From NCBI GenBank assembly GCA_016200495.1, contig JACQES010000074.1:177-64176 (forward strand): a stretch of DNA of 64,000 nt, in the 5' to 3' direction. The notes beneath the pieces are model-generated. The model did not search any database. It saw only the letters and a list, made by a program, of their open reading frames with translations, and had not been told where the DNA came from. The stretch comes from Gemmatimonadota bacterium (lineage in GTDB: Bacteria; Gemmatimonadota; Gemmatimonadetes; Gemmatimonadales; Gemmatimonadaceae). A program made the position numbers and the translations under genes. This document shows positions 1-8,644 of the stretch, one piece after another. Position 1 is the first letter of the stretch. Every line of letters begins with the position of its first letter.

Positions 1-219
1 CACGTCGGCGCGCGCCTGGCGCACGTCGAGCGCGGCGACGCGGAGTCCGGGGTTGGAATCGAGGGCCACGCGCTCGACGTCGGCGAGCGTGTGGCGCTCG
101 AGCGTGTCGCGCACGGGCGCGGACGCGAGGAACGACGTGACGGGAGCGCCCGCGCGAAACTGGGCCCGCGCGGTGACGGGGGCGAGGACGAGCAGCAGCG
201 CCAGGCGGCTCAGGCGCAT
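1..219 (-). CDS. Outer-membrane efflux protein (TolC/CzcC family), N-terminal fragment; the gene runs off the window start
   Basis: My own reverse-strand translation from the ATG at 217-219 gives MRLSRLALLLVLAPVTARAQ (signal peptide). It continues ...HTLADVERVALDSNPGLRVAALDVRQARADV, a typical N-terminal repeat start of outer-membrane factors. GC3 is high. The ATG overlaps the upstream stop by 1 nt. It is missing from the ORF track because it is truncated by the window edge. Confidence 0.6.
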   Translation of the reverse strand, partial: MRLSRLALLLVLAPVTARAQFRAGAPVTSFLASAPVRDTLERHTLADVERVALDSNPGLRVAALDVRQARADV

Positions 220-524
220 TACAGGAACTTCTCCCGCCGCAGCACTTCGGCGTCGAGCAGGTAGGCGATCACGGCATGCGGACCGAACAGCTCGCGGTGC
301 ACCGCCTCGAGCGCGTCCTTGGCCTTGCCCTCGGCGGCCACGGCCTCGATCACCACGTTGCCGCGCTCGTGGTCCCCCGCGACGCGGACGCCGTGCGCGC
401 CCGCTCCTCCGGCGTTGAGGACGGTGTAGCCGCGAATGCCGGCCGCGTCGAGGATGCGCACCACCTCGCCCTGCAGGGAGGCGGTGATGACGACGCGCAG
501 CAGCTTGACCTTGTGGAGATGCAT
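219..524 (-). CDS. Small P-II-like (GlnB-fold) protein, of the kind found ahead of efflux operons
   Basis: 101-aa ORF with normal composition (MHLHKVKLLRVVITASLQGEVVRILDAAGIRGYTVLNAGG...). It shows a beta-alpha-beta pattern. Its TAA stop (219-221) overlaps the ATG of the TolC-like gene. Confidence 0.7.
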   Translation of the reverse strand: MHLHKVKLLRVVITASLQGEVVRILDAAGIRGYTVLNAGGAGAHGVRVAGDHERGNVVIEAVAAEGKAKDALEAVHRELFGPHAVIAYLLDAEVLRREKFL

Positions 525-764
525 GGGAGACAGGGGTGGAAAGGCGACGCGAAAGGTGCCGACCCACGCCGAGCGAACGCAGTGCAGGCACGGGTGATTA
601 ACAGAGATTCAGTCTGCCACGCAACGTGAAGATTTTCTTGTCCTCCATCCGCGCGTGCGCGGTCGCCTGACAGCCAGAAACCACCCCGTTCGTGCCTGTC
701 GCCGGTCGTGCCCGGGCGTAACTTCCCCTCCCCATCCCTGACGTTCCCTTCGCTCGACCGGTCG

Positions 765-3251
765 ATGTCCGTGAATCGCCACCTGCGCGCCCTCGCCGGC
801 GCCGCGCTGCTGCTCGGGGCGTGCCGTCCCTCGGGCGGCGCTGACGCCGCGCCCGAGGTGCCCGGCGGCCCGTCGCGCCTGCCCACGGGGCTCACCCTCG
901 ATCCCGCAGGACCGACGACGCCGCTGGGCTCGATGCCGGTGACGCTCCTCAGCGCCCCCGGCGGCGAGCGGTTCGTGGTGGTGCTGAGCGGCTGGCGCGA
1001 GCAGGGATTCGACGTCGTGGAGCGCGCATCGGGCCGCGTGGTGCAGCAGGTACGACAGGCGGCCGCGTTCCAGGGGGCGGCGTTCGCGCCCGATGGGCGC
1101 ACGCTCTACGTGTCGGGCGGCAACCAGGACGTCGTCTATCGCTACGGCTGGGCCAACGGCGCGGCAACGCTGCGCGATTCGCTCGTGTTGGCAAGCAAGC
1201 CCGCCGGGCGCAATGGCACCCGGTACCCCGCCGGGCTCGCGGTGAGCGCCGACGGCACGCAGCTCTACGTGGCCGAGAACCTCGCCGACTCGCTCGCGGT
1301 CATCGACCTCGCGAGTGCGCGCGTGGTGCAGCGCCTGGGCACCGAGCGCTATCCGGTGCAGGTGCTCGTGGGCGCGCAGGGCACCGTGTACGTGAGCGCG
1401 TGGGGCGGCGGCACGGTGTCGGCGTTCCCGCGCGACGGCGACCGCCTGGCGCCGGGGCCGCGCATCGCGGCGGGGCGCCACCCGTCGGCCATGGTGCTCA
1501 ACGCGGCGGGCACGCGGCTCTTCGTCGCGAGCGGGAGCACCGACCGGATCGCCGTGATCGACCCCGGCACGCGCGCCACGATCACGACGCTCTCCGACGC
1601 GCCGCCCTCCGGTCCGTCCGAGGGCAGCACCCCGTCTGGGCTCGCGCTCTCGGACGACGGCACGCGGCTCTTCGTGGCCGAGAGCGACGCGAACGCGGTC
1701 GCGGTGTTCGACCTCTCCGCCGCGACGGCCGGCGCGCCAAAGGGCGCCGCGCGCGACACGCTCGTGGGGCGGATCCCCACGCAGTGGTACCCGACCGCCG
1801 TGGCCGCCATCGGCGACGCGCTCCACGTGGTGAACGGCAAGGGACGCGGCACCGTGCCGAACGTGAAGCTCCCGCGCCTCGACTTCATCGGGAACCGCGA
1901 GGAAGTGGACGGTGGCCACCAGTACACGCTGGGCCAGCTCACCGGGTCGCTCATGACCGTGCCGCTCGCCCGCGCGACGGCGGCCGAGCTTGCGCCGTTC
2001 TCGGCGCGGGTCGTGCGCGCCAACGGGTGGGACACGCCGCGCGAACGCCGCGCCGCCGCCGCGTACCCGCCGATCACGCACGTGATCTACGTGGTGAAGG
2101 AGAACCGCTCGTACGACCAGGTGTTCGCCGACCTGCCGGGCGGCGACGGCGACACGTCGCTGCTCTTCTTCCCGCGCGCACGCGCGCCCAACCAGCACGC
2201 GCTCGCCGAGCGGTTCGGGCTCTACGACCGGTTCTTCGTGAACGCCGAGGTGAGCCCCGACGGGCACAACTGGAGCATGGCCGCGTACGTGGGCGACTAC
2301 CCGGAGCGCACGATCCCGAGCCAGTACTCGCGCCGCGGCCGTCCGTACGACTACGAGGGCTCGAACCGCGAGCGCGCGCTGGCCGACGACGATGACGACG
2401 TCGCGTCGCCGTCCACGGGCTACCTGTGGGACCTCGCGCAGCGCGCGGGGGTGAGCTTCCGCAACTTCGGCGAGTACGCGGTGCCGGCGGGGATGTACGG
2501 CACGGCCAAGGGAGAGGGCTACGTGGGGCTCAAGCGGTTCCTCAAGGCGCACACGAGCCCCAGGTATCCGCCGTACAACACCTCCATCCGCGACCAGGTG
2601 CGCGCCGACATGTGGCTCGAGGAACTCGGCGCGTGGGTCGCCGCGGGCGAGATGCCACGCTTCCAGATCGTGCGCCTGCCCAACGACCACACCACGTACG
2701 CGCGCGCCGGCACGCCGACGCCGTTCGCGCACATGGCCGACAACGACTACGCGCTGGGCCGGATGATCGAGGCGCTCTCGCGCACGAAGTTCTGGGGGTC
2801 GACCGCCGTGTTCGTGCTCGAGGACGACGCGCAGTCGGGCGCCGACCACGTGGACTCGCACCGCTCGATCCTGCAGACGATCTCGCCGTGGGCGAAGGGC
2901 GGCACGTGGCACCGGTTCGCGAACACCACCGACGTGATCGCGACGATCGAGGAGCTGCTCTGGCTCGGGTCGCTCTCGCAGTTCGACCACTTCGGCCGCC
3001 CGCTGCGCGAGATCTGGCGCGACACGCCGGACCTGCGCCCCTACACCGCGCTCGTGCCGATCACGCCGCTCACGGAGCTCAACCCCGTGCAGGGGCCGGG
3101 GGCGCGCGAGAGCCGCGGCTTCGACCTCTCGCGCGAGGATGCGGTGCCGGACGAGGCGGGGCAGCGCGTGCTCTGGCAGATGCTCAAGCCCGGCGTCCCG
3201 TATCCGGGCACGCGGCGGGTGTCCTCGCAGGAGCTGGCGCGCACCCGGTGA
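765..3251 (+). CDS. Exported lipoprotein: YVTN-type beta-propeller fused to a phosphoesterase (phospholipase C / AcpA acid phosphatase family) domain
   Basis: ORF 708..3251. The ATG at 765 gives a signal peptide plus lipobox (ALLLGAC). The N-terminal half has repeated LYV(S/A)..D.(V/I)AVID-like blades. The C-terminal half has ITHVIYVVKENRSYDQVFADL, SPDGHNWSMAAY and GADHVDSHRS motifs of the phosphoesterase family. Confidence 0.88.
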   Translation: MSVNRHLRALAGAALLLGACRPSGGADAAPEVPGGPSRLPTGLTLDPAGPTTPLGSMPVTLLSAPGGERFVVVLSGWREQGFDVVERASGRVVQQVRQAAAFQGAAFAPDGRTLYVSGGNQDVVYRYGWANGAATLRDSLVLASKPAGRNGTRYPAGLAVSADGTQLYVAENLADSLAVIDLASARVVQRLGTERYPVQVLVGAQGTVYVSAWGGGTVSAFPRDGDRLAPGPRIAAGRHPSAMVLNAAGTRLFVASGSTDRIAVIDPGTRATITTLSDAPPSGPSEGSTPSGLALSDDGTRLFVAESDANAVAVFDLSAATAGAPKGAARDTLVGRIPTQWYPTAVAAIGDALHVVNGKGRGTVPNVKLPRLDFIGNREEVDGGHQYTLGQLTGSLMTVPLARATAAELAPFSARVVRANGWDTPRERRAAAAYPPITHVIYVVKENRSYDQVFADLPGGDGDTSLLFFPRARAPNQHALAERFGLYDRFFVNAEVSPDGHNWSMAAYVGDYPERTIPSQYSRRGRPYDYEGSNRERALADDDDDVASPSTGYLWDLAQRAGVSFRNFGEYAVPAGMYGTAKGEGYVGLKRFLKAHTSPRYPPYNTSIRDQVRADMWLEELGAWVAAGEMPRFQIVRLPNDHTTYARAGTPTPFAHMADNDYALGRMIEALSRTKFWGSTAVFVLEDDAQSGADHVDSHRSILQTISPWAKGGTWHRFANTTDVIATIEELLWLGSLSQFDHFGRPLREIWRDTPDLRPYTALVPITPLTELNPVQGPGARESRGFDLSREDAVPDEAGQRVLWQMLKPGVPYPGTRRVSSQELARTR

Positions 3252-4120
3252 GCGTCCGTCGCTGGCTGGTCATCATCCTCTCGTTCGCGTCCATGATCGG
3301 CCTGTCGATCTGGATCGCGCGGGCCGGCATTCCGCCGGACTCGATCAAGGTGCGCGTGCCGTGGTGGGCGCACCTGCTCGCGTTCGGCGCGGTGGTGGGC
3401 GAGGTGGTGACGCGCGCGTACAAGATCGGATGGAGCGCCAACGCGCTCAACATCTCGCTCCCCATCGGCCTCTCGATCCGCACCTGCCTCGGCGGCGACT
3501 TCGGCGCGACGATCTCGCCGTCGCGCTCGGGCGCGGAGCCGGCGCGGTTCCTGATCCTGGCCGAGGGCGGGCTCAAGCCGGCGGACGTGCTGATGGTGCT
3601 CTTCCTCGAGATCTTCCTCGAGACCTGGTCGCTCGCCGTCGTCGCGGTGATCCTCTCCCGCGTGGGGATGATGACGGCCTCGTTCCTCGCGTCGATCGTG
3701 CACGTCGCGTTCCGCCTCACGATCCTCCCGGTGCTCGTGCTCTCGCTCGGCGCCACCCACGCGGAGCTCTCGAAGCTCGTGATGTGGCCGGTGATGCTGC
3801 TCTACGGCGGCCCCGTGGCGCCGCTCCCGGGGGGCGGCGGCGTGGTGGAGCTCGGCTTCAAGAAGGTGTTCGGCGGCACGATCGCCCCCAACATCCTCGG
3901 CGCGTCGCTCGTGTGGTGGCGCTTCTACACGTACTACCTGTACATCCTCCTCGGCGGCGTGGCAGCGGGCGCCACCGTGCTGCGCATGATGCGCCGCCAG
4001 GACGAGCAGAAGCGCACCGGCGTCGTGCATCGTCCCGGCGTGCCGGCCGAGGCGCCGCCGAGCCCGCGCGCGAGCGGCTTCCGCCGGCTCTCGACCGCGA
4101 TCATCAAGCCCAAGTCCTGA
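3248..4120 (+). CDS. UPF0104 / lysylphosphatidylglycerol-synthase-TM-region-like (flippase-like) integral membrane protein
   Basis: This is the 3' part of ORF 2426..4120. The GTG at 3248 overlaps the upstream TGA (GTGA). The protein has multiple hydrophobic helices (VIILSFASMIGLSIWIA..., LVWWRFYTYYLYILLGGVAAG). The 5' part of the track ORF is Arg/Ala junk. Confidence 0.8.
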   Translation: MSVRRWLVIILSFASMIGLSIWIARAGIPPDSIKVRVPWWAHLLAFGAVVGEVVTRAYKIGWSANALNISLPIGLSIRTCLGGDFGATISPSRSGAEPARFLILAEGGLKPADVLMVLFLEIFLETWSLAVVAVILSRVGMMTASFLASIVHVAFRLTILPVLVLSLGATHAELSKLVMWPVMLLYGGPVAPLPGGGGVVELGFKKVFGGTIAPNILGASLVWWRFYTYYLYILLGGVAAGATVLRMMRRQDEQKRTGVVHRPGVPAEAPPSPRASGFRRLSTAIIKPKS

Positions 4121-4129
4121 GGCTCCACG

Positions 4130-4549
4130 ATGCACCGACCGTTCACGCGCGAGTGGGCCGATGCCCTGCGCGACGCCATCAACGCCGACGCCGCGTACGC
4201 GAGCGCGGCCGCCAAGTGGACCTGGCCCGTGGCCCTGGTGCTCGAGGCCAACGAGCCGCTCGGCTATCCCGCGCCCGTGGCGGTGGAGCTCGCGCTCGAA
4301 CGCGGCCGCTGCCATGGCGTGGCGCTGATCGATCCGCCGGCCATCACGGCGCCGTTCACGTTGCGCGCGTCGTACGTGACGTGGAAGAAGGTCGTGACGG
4401 GGTCGCTCGACGCCGTGACCGCGGTGACGATGGGCGAGATCAAGTTCACGGGGGCGCTCACCACGCTCCTGCTGCACGTGAACGCCGCCAAGGCGCTGGT
4501 GGGTGCGGCGCGCCTCGTGCCGACGGCGTTCCCCGACGAGGCCGCGTGA
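4130..4549 (+). CDS. SCP2 (sterol-carrier-protein-2-like) lipid-binding domain protein
   Basis: 139-aa ORF. The sequence ...SYVTWKKVVTGSLDAVTAVTMGEIKFTGALTTLLLHVNAAKAL is the characteristic SCP2 C-terminal pattern. The gene starts 10 nt after the preceding stop. Confidence 0.8.
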   Translation: MHRPFTREWADALRDAINADAAYASAAAKWTWPVALVLEANEPLGYPAPVAVELALERGRCHGVALIDPPAITAPFTLRASYVTWKKVVTGSLDAVTAVTMGEIKFTGALTTLLLHVNAAKALVGAARLVPTAFPDEAA

Positions 4550-4571
4550 GCGCGGCCACCAGGAGCCTGAC

Positions 4572-5981
4572 ATGATCACACTGCGCTTGTTCCGGCCGCA
4601 CGCGCCGTCATCGCCCGTGCATCGGGCGCGACGCGCGCGCGCGATGCGCCGCGCATCCGCGCTCGTGGCGACGACCGTCGCCGCCTGGGGCTCGGCCGCC
4701 GGCGCGCAGGCGGTGACGACGCGCGCCGCCGCGGCAGCGAGCAGCAAGGCGGCGTTCCACGCCGCACGCGTGCTCGATCCCGCCACCGGCACGGTGATGG
4801 CGAACGGCGTGATCCTCGTGGATCACGATACGATCGTGCGCGTCGCGAGCCTGACGGCAGCGGCGGTGCCCAAGGAGTACGGCGCCATGGTGGAGCTGGG
4901 CGACGTGACCGTGCTGCCGGGGCTGATCGACGTGCACACGCACCTCACGTCGTCGCAGGCGTCGTACTACGACGGACTGTTCCGGCGCTCGGTGCTCGAC
5001 GCGGCGGTGCGCGCGCCGGGGAATGCCAAGCGCACGCTCGAAGCCGGGTTCACCACCGTGCGCGACGTCGGGGCGGGCGACTACCTCGACGTGGCGCTCC
5101 GCAACGCGATCAACGCCGGCGACCTGCCGGGTCCGCGCATGTTCGTCGCCACCACCGTGCTCTCGGCCACCGGCGGCCACGGCGACCTGAACGGCTTCTC
5201 GCCGTACCTGCGCATCGAGGGGATGGGCGGCCCGGTGGACGGCATCGAGCCGATCCGGAAGCGCGTACGCACGAACGTGAAGTACGGCGCGGATGTCATC
5301 AAGGTGACGGCCGGCGCGGGCGTGCTCTCCGAGGAAGAGTCGGTGGGTGCGCCGCAGTACACGCAGGCGGAGCTCGACGCGCTGGTGGACGAGGCGCGCA
5401 TGTGGGGGCGCAAGGTGGCCGCGCACGCGCACGGCGGCGAGGCGATCAAGCGCGCGATCCGCGCCGGCGTGGCGAGCGTGGAGCACGCCGGGCTGATCGA
5501 CGACGAGGGGGTCGCGCTCGCGAAGCAGCACGGCACCTACCTCGTGCCCGACGTCTACACCGACGTGTACATCATCGAGCAGGGGCCGGCGATGGGGCTG
5601 CCGGAGAAGATCCTCGACAAGGAACGCCAGCTGCGGAAGAGCCAGGAGCAGAACTGGGGCAAGGCGCGCGCGGCGGGGGTCAAGTTCGCGTTCGGCACCG
5701 ACGCGGGGGTCTATCCGCACGGCGACAACGCGAAGCAGTTCCGCTACCTGGTCGAAGTCGGCTTCCCGCCGCTCATGACCATCCAGATGGCGACCGTGAA
5801 CGCGGCCGACCTGCTCGGCAACGCGAAGGTCGGTCGGCTCACGCCGGGCGCGTACGCGGACTTCATCGCGGTGAAGGGCGACCCGGTGGCGGACGTGAAG
5901 ACGCTCGAGGCGCCTCTGGTCGTGGTGAAGGGAGGCGTGATGGTGAAGGGCGCGGCGGGGGACACGAAGCCCAAGCGGTAG
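4572..5981 (+). CDS. Exported metal-dependent amidohydrolase (imidazolonepropionase / Xaa-Pro dipeptidase-like family)
   Basis: ORF 4503..5981. The ATG at 4572 is preceded by AGGAG (4561-4565). An alternative ATG at 4644 sits directly ahead of the signal peptide MRRASALVATTVAAWGSAAGAQA. The HxH motif (GLIDVHTHL) and KVAAHAHG are present. Confidence 0.88.
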   Translation: MITLRLFRPHAPSSPVHRARRARAMRRASALVATTVAAWGSAAGAQAVTTRAAAAASSKAAFHAARVLDPATGTVMANGVILVDHDTIVRVASLTAAAVPKEYGAMVELGDVTVLPGLIDVHTHLTSSQASYYDGLFRRSVLDAAVRAPGNAKRTLEAGFTTVRDVGAGDYLDVALRNAINAGDLPGPRMFVATTVLSATGGHGDLNGFSPYLRIEGMGGPVDGIEPIRKRVRTNVKYGADVIKVTAGAGVLSEEESVGAPQYTQAELDALVDEARMWGRKVAAHAHGGEAIKRAIRAGVASVEHAGLIDDEGVALAKQHGTYLVPDVYTDVYIIEQGPAMGLPEKILDKERQLRKSQEQNWGKARAAGVKFAFGTDAGVYPHGDNAKQFRYLVEVGFPPLMTIQMATVNAADLLGNAKVGRLTPGAYADFIAVKGDPVADVKTLEAPLVVVKGGVMVKGAAGDTKPKR

Positions 5982-6092
5982 CGGGTGGATTCAGCGGAAG
6001 AGCGCGCGCCGGACGAGGGCGCCCCGGTGGCAAACATTCGGCGCCGAACCAATCAGTACAACTGAGTCAAGCTGTTATCTGACAATGCTTTG

Positions 6093-6135
6093 GGCGTGAC
6101 GTGCGTGGGCCGATGATGGCCCTGTGCGTCACGCC
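6093..6135 (+). promoter_or_regulatory. Two-tier GC-rich hairpin in the leader of the seven-gene operon
   Basis: GGCGTGACG (6093-6101) pairs with CGTCACGCC (6127-6135). Inner GGGCC (6107-6111) pairs with GGCCC (6118-6122), with loop GATGAT. It lies about 110 nt after the amidohydrolase stop and about 70 nt before the GTG at 6208. There is no T-tract. Confidence 0.4.
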
Positions 6136-6137
6136 TA

Positions 6138-6149
6138 CGTCATCTGACG
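6138..6149. promoter_or_regulatory. Inverted repeat CGTCA-TC-TGACG (possible operator)
   Basis: Read directly from the sequence. The same TGACG/CGTCA half-sites also form the outer arms of the adjacent hairpin, giving four half-sites within about 55 bp. Confidence 0.3.
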
Positions 6150-6207
6150 GATAGGACCGCCCTCGGCGGAATGGCACCATGCACGCGACCCCTCACCGGA
6201 GTTGCCC

Positions 6208-7551
6208 GTGCTGCTGCCCCGCCATCGTGCGCTCGACCACCTGCAGTCGCTGTTGCGGGGAGGCGCCCCCGGCCTCCTCGGAGACCGGCTGGAGCCGCGA
6301 CATGACGGCACCGTGCGGCGCATCCCCACCGACCGTGATGCGGTGGACGCGCGCTGGAGCGCGATCGCGCCCGACGGCGCGCCCGACCGCGCGCTGCTCG
6401 ACGAGCGTGCGCGCGCCCTCGCCCCGGCCTTCGCGCGCAACATCGAGAACTACGTCGGCGCGCTCACCGTGCCGGTGGGCGTGGCGGGCCCCGTGCGCGT
6501 CAACGGGTCGCACGCCGCCGGCGACTACGTGGTGCCGCTCGCCACCACCGAGGCCGCGCTCGTCGCGAGCATCAACCGCGGCGCGTCGGTGATCACGGCG
6601 TCGGGCGGGTGCGCGGCGGTGACGACCAACGAACTCGTCTCCCGCGCCCCCGGCTTCGCCTTCGCCACGCTGCGCGATGCGGGCGCCTTCGTGCTCTGGG
6701 TGCTCGACGCGATCCCGCACCTGCGGCACGTGACGGAGTCGACGACGCGCCATGGCCGCCTGGCCGACGTGCGCGTGAGCCTCGAGGGCAACCACGTCTA
6801 CCTCGTGTTCGACTTCCACACCGGCGACGCGAGCGGCCAGAACATGGTCACGATCGCGACGCAGGCGATCTGCGCGTACATCGCCGACGCGAGCCCGGTG
6901 CCGCCGCTGTACGGCTTCCTCGAGGCCAACCACTCGGGCGACAAGAAGGCGAGCGCGCAGAGCTTCACGAGCGGGCGCGGGCGCAGCGTGACGGCCGAGG
7001 TGCACGTGCCGCGCGCGCTCGTGCTGGAACGGCTCCACACGACGCCGGAGATGCTCGCGCGCTACTTCACGATCTCGGCCATCGGTGGCGTGCTGAGCGG
7101 CACGATCGGCGTGCAGGGCCACTACGCGAACGCCCTCGCGGCGCTCTACCTCGCGACGGGCCAGGACGTGGCGTGCGTCGCGGAGTCGGCCGTGGGGGTG
7201 ACGCGGCTCGAGGCGACCGCCGACGGGCTCTACGCGGCGGTGACGCTGCCCAACCTGCTCGTGGGCACGGTGGGCGGCGGCACCGGGCTGCCCGCGCAGC
7301 GCGCCTGCCTCGCGACGATGGGGCTCGCCGGCGAGGGCCACGCGAGCGCGCTGGCGGAGGTGTGCGCCGCGGTGGCGCTCGCGGGCGAACTCTCGATCAC
7401 CGCGGCGCTCTGCGCTGGCGAGTTCGCCACCGCGCATGCGCGCTTCGCGCGCGGGACCCCGGCCGCCGTGCCGACGGCGCCGGTCGTGTTCGCCGGAGCG
7501 GCGCCGTCAGACCCGGTCGCGCTCGCCGAAGCGGAGGCTTCGCATGCGTAG
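6208..7551 (+). CDS. HMG-CoA reductase family protein (class I-like catalytic domain)
   Basis: ORF 6202..7551. GGAG at 6198-6201 favours the GTG at 6208 over the TTG at 6202. Family motifs present: ENYVGALTVPVGVAGPVRVNG, PLATTEAALVASINRG, GDASGQNMVT, SGDKKAS, GTVGGGTGL, and a C-terminal His (EFATAHARF). Confidence 0.9.
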   Translation: MLLPRHRALDHLQSLLRGGAPGLLGDRLEPRHDGTVRRIPTDRDAVDARWSAIAPDGAPDRALLDERARALAPAFARNIENYVGALTVPVGVAGPVRVNGSHAAGDYVVPLATTEAALVASINRGASVITASGGCAAVTTNELVSRAPGFAFATLRDAGAFVLWVLDAIPHLRHVTESTTRHGRLADVRVSLEGNHVYLVFDFHTGDASGQNMVTIATQAICAYIADASPVPPLYGFLEANHSGDKKASAQSFTSGRGRSVTAEVHVPRALVLERLHTTPEMLARYFTISAIGGVLSGTIGVQGHYANALAALYLATGQDVACVAESAVGVTRLEATADGLYAAVTLPNLLVGTVGGGTGLPAQRACLATMGLAGEGHASALAEVCAAVALAGELSITAALCAGEFATAHARFARGTPAAVPTAPVVFAGAAPSDPVALAEAEASHA

Positions 7552-8644
7552 CGACCTCGCGGAACGCCCCGCCTTCCAGTCGGTGCTGCGCTACGCGCAG
7601 TGCTGGGAGGACGCCGACGTGCTGCTCGCCGCGCTCGACATCCAGCCCGGCGATCGCTGCCTCTCGATCGCGAGCGCGGGCGACAACACGCTGTCCATGC
7701 TCGCGTGCCGTCCGGGCAAGGTGATCGCGATCGACCTGAACCCGGTGCAGCTCGCCGCGCTCGAGCTGCGCGTGGCCGCGTACCGCGCGCTCACGCACGC
7801 CGAGCTGCTCGAGCTCGTCGGGTCGCGTCCGAGCGACCGGCGCCGCGCCCTCTACGCGCGCTGCCGCCCGCAGCTCTCCGCCGGCGCGCGCGACTGGTGG
7901 GACGCGCGCCCCGCGCTGGTGCAGCACGGCATCGGCGGCGCCGGCCGGTTCGAGCGCTACCTCGCCCTCTTCCGCCGCTACGCGCTGCCGCTCGTGCACC
8001 GCCGCCGCACGGTGGCCGCGCTGCTCGAGCCGCGCCCGCGCGCCGCGCGCCGCCGGTTCTACGATGACCACTGGGACACGCTCGCCTGGCGCCTCCTCTT
8101 CCGCGCCTTCTTCAGCGAGCCGGTGCTCGGCCGCCTGGGCCGCGATCCGCGCCTCTTCGCCTTCGCGCACGACTCCGTGGCCGAGCACCTGCTCGCGCGC
8201 GCGGAGCATGCGCTGGCCGAGCTCGACCCGTCGGAGAACCCGTACATCGCGTGGATCCTCACGGGGGCGCATGGCGCGACGCTGCCGCACGCGCTGCGCC
8301 CCGAGCACTTCGACGTCATCCGCGCGCACCTCGACCGGCTCGAGTGGCGGTGCGAACCGCTGGAAGCGCTCGACGCCGCCGACCTGGGCGGCCCGCTCGA
8401 CCGCGCCAACCTGAGCGACGTGCTCGAGTACGTCTCGCCCGAGGTCGCGCGCGCGCTCGTCGAGCGGCTCGCCGCGCTGTCGCGCCCGGGCGCCCGGCTC
8501 GCCTACTGGAACATGATCGTGCCGCGGCGCGGCGCCGACCTGGCGCCGAGCGCGGTGCGCACCGTGCCCGGGTGCGGCGCGCGCCTCGCGCGCGACGACA
8601 AGGCCTTCTTCTATCGCGACTTCATCGTCGAGGAGGTCCGGTGA
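7544..8644 (+). CDS. BtaA-like protein (DUF3419; S-adenosylmethionine:diacylglycerol 3-amino-3-carboxypropyl transferase family)
   Basis: This is the 3' part of ORF 7436..8644. The ATG at 7544 follows GGAGG (7533-7537) and overlaps the upstream TAG by 8 nt. The hallmark YAQCWEDADVL motif and IASAGDNTLS are present. Confidence 0.85.
   Translation: MRSDLAERPAFQSVLRYAQCWEDADVLLAALDIQPGDRCLSIASAGDNTLSMLACRPGKVIAIDLNPVQLAALELRVAAYRALTHAELLELVGSRPSDRRRALYARCRPQLSAGARDWWDARPALVQHGIGGAGRFERYLALFRRYALPLVHRRRTVAALLEPRPRAARRRFYDDHWDTLAWRLLFRAFFSEPVLGRLGRDPRLFAFAHDSVAEHLLARAEHALAELDPSENPYIAWILTGAHGATLPHALRPEHFDVIRAHLDRLEWRCEPLEALDAADLGGPLDRANLSDVLEYVSPEVARALVERLAALSRPGARLAYWNMIVPRRGADLAPSAVRTVPGCGARLARDDKAFFYRDFIVEEVR

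Noticed and set aside
609-2990. 793-aa minus-strand ORF antisense to the phosphoesterase gene. The same class of long ORFs occurs at 28221..31724(-), 43295..45283(-), 43684..45645(+), 46885..48996(+), 57323..59620(-), 59548..60930(-), 61110..62681(-), 24600..26258(-) and 49280..50773(-).
   Set aside because: The translations are dominated by Arg/Ala/Gly/Pro/His/Asp with no recognisable motifs. They lie opposite or out of frame to genes with clear family signatures. These are the classic shadow ORFs of a genome with high GC3.
6202-6207. TTG at 6202 as the start of the HMGR-like gene, as in the ORF track.
   Set aside because: The GGAG at 6198-6201 abuts 6202 with no spacer. The GTG at 6208 has a normal 6-nt spacer. 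Both remain possible, and only two codons differ.
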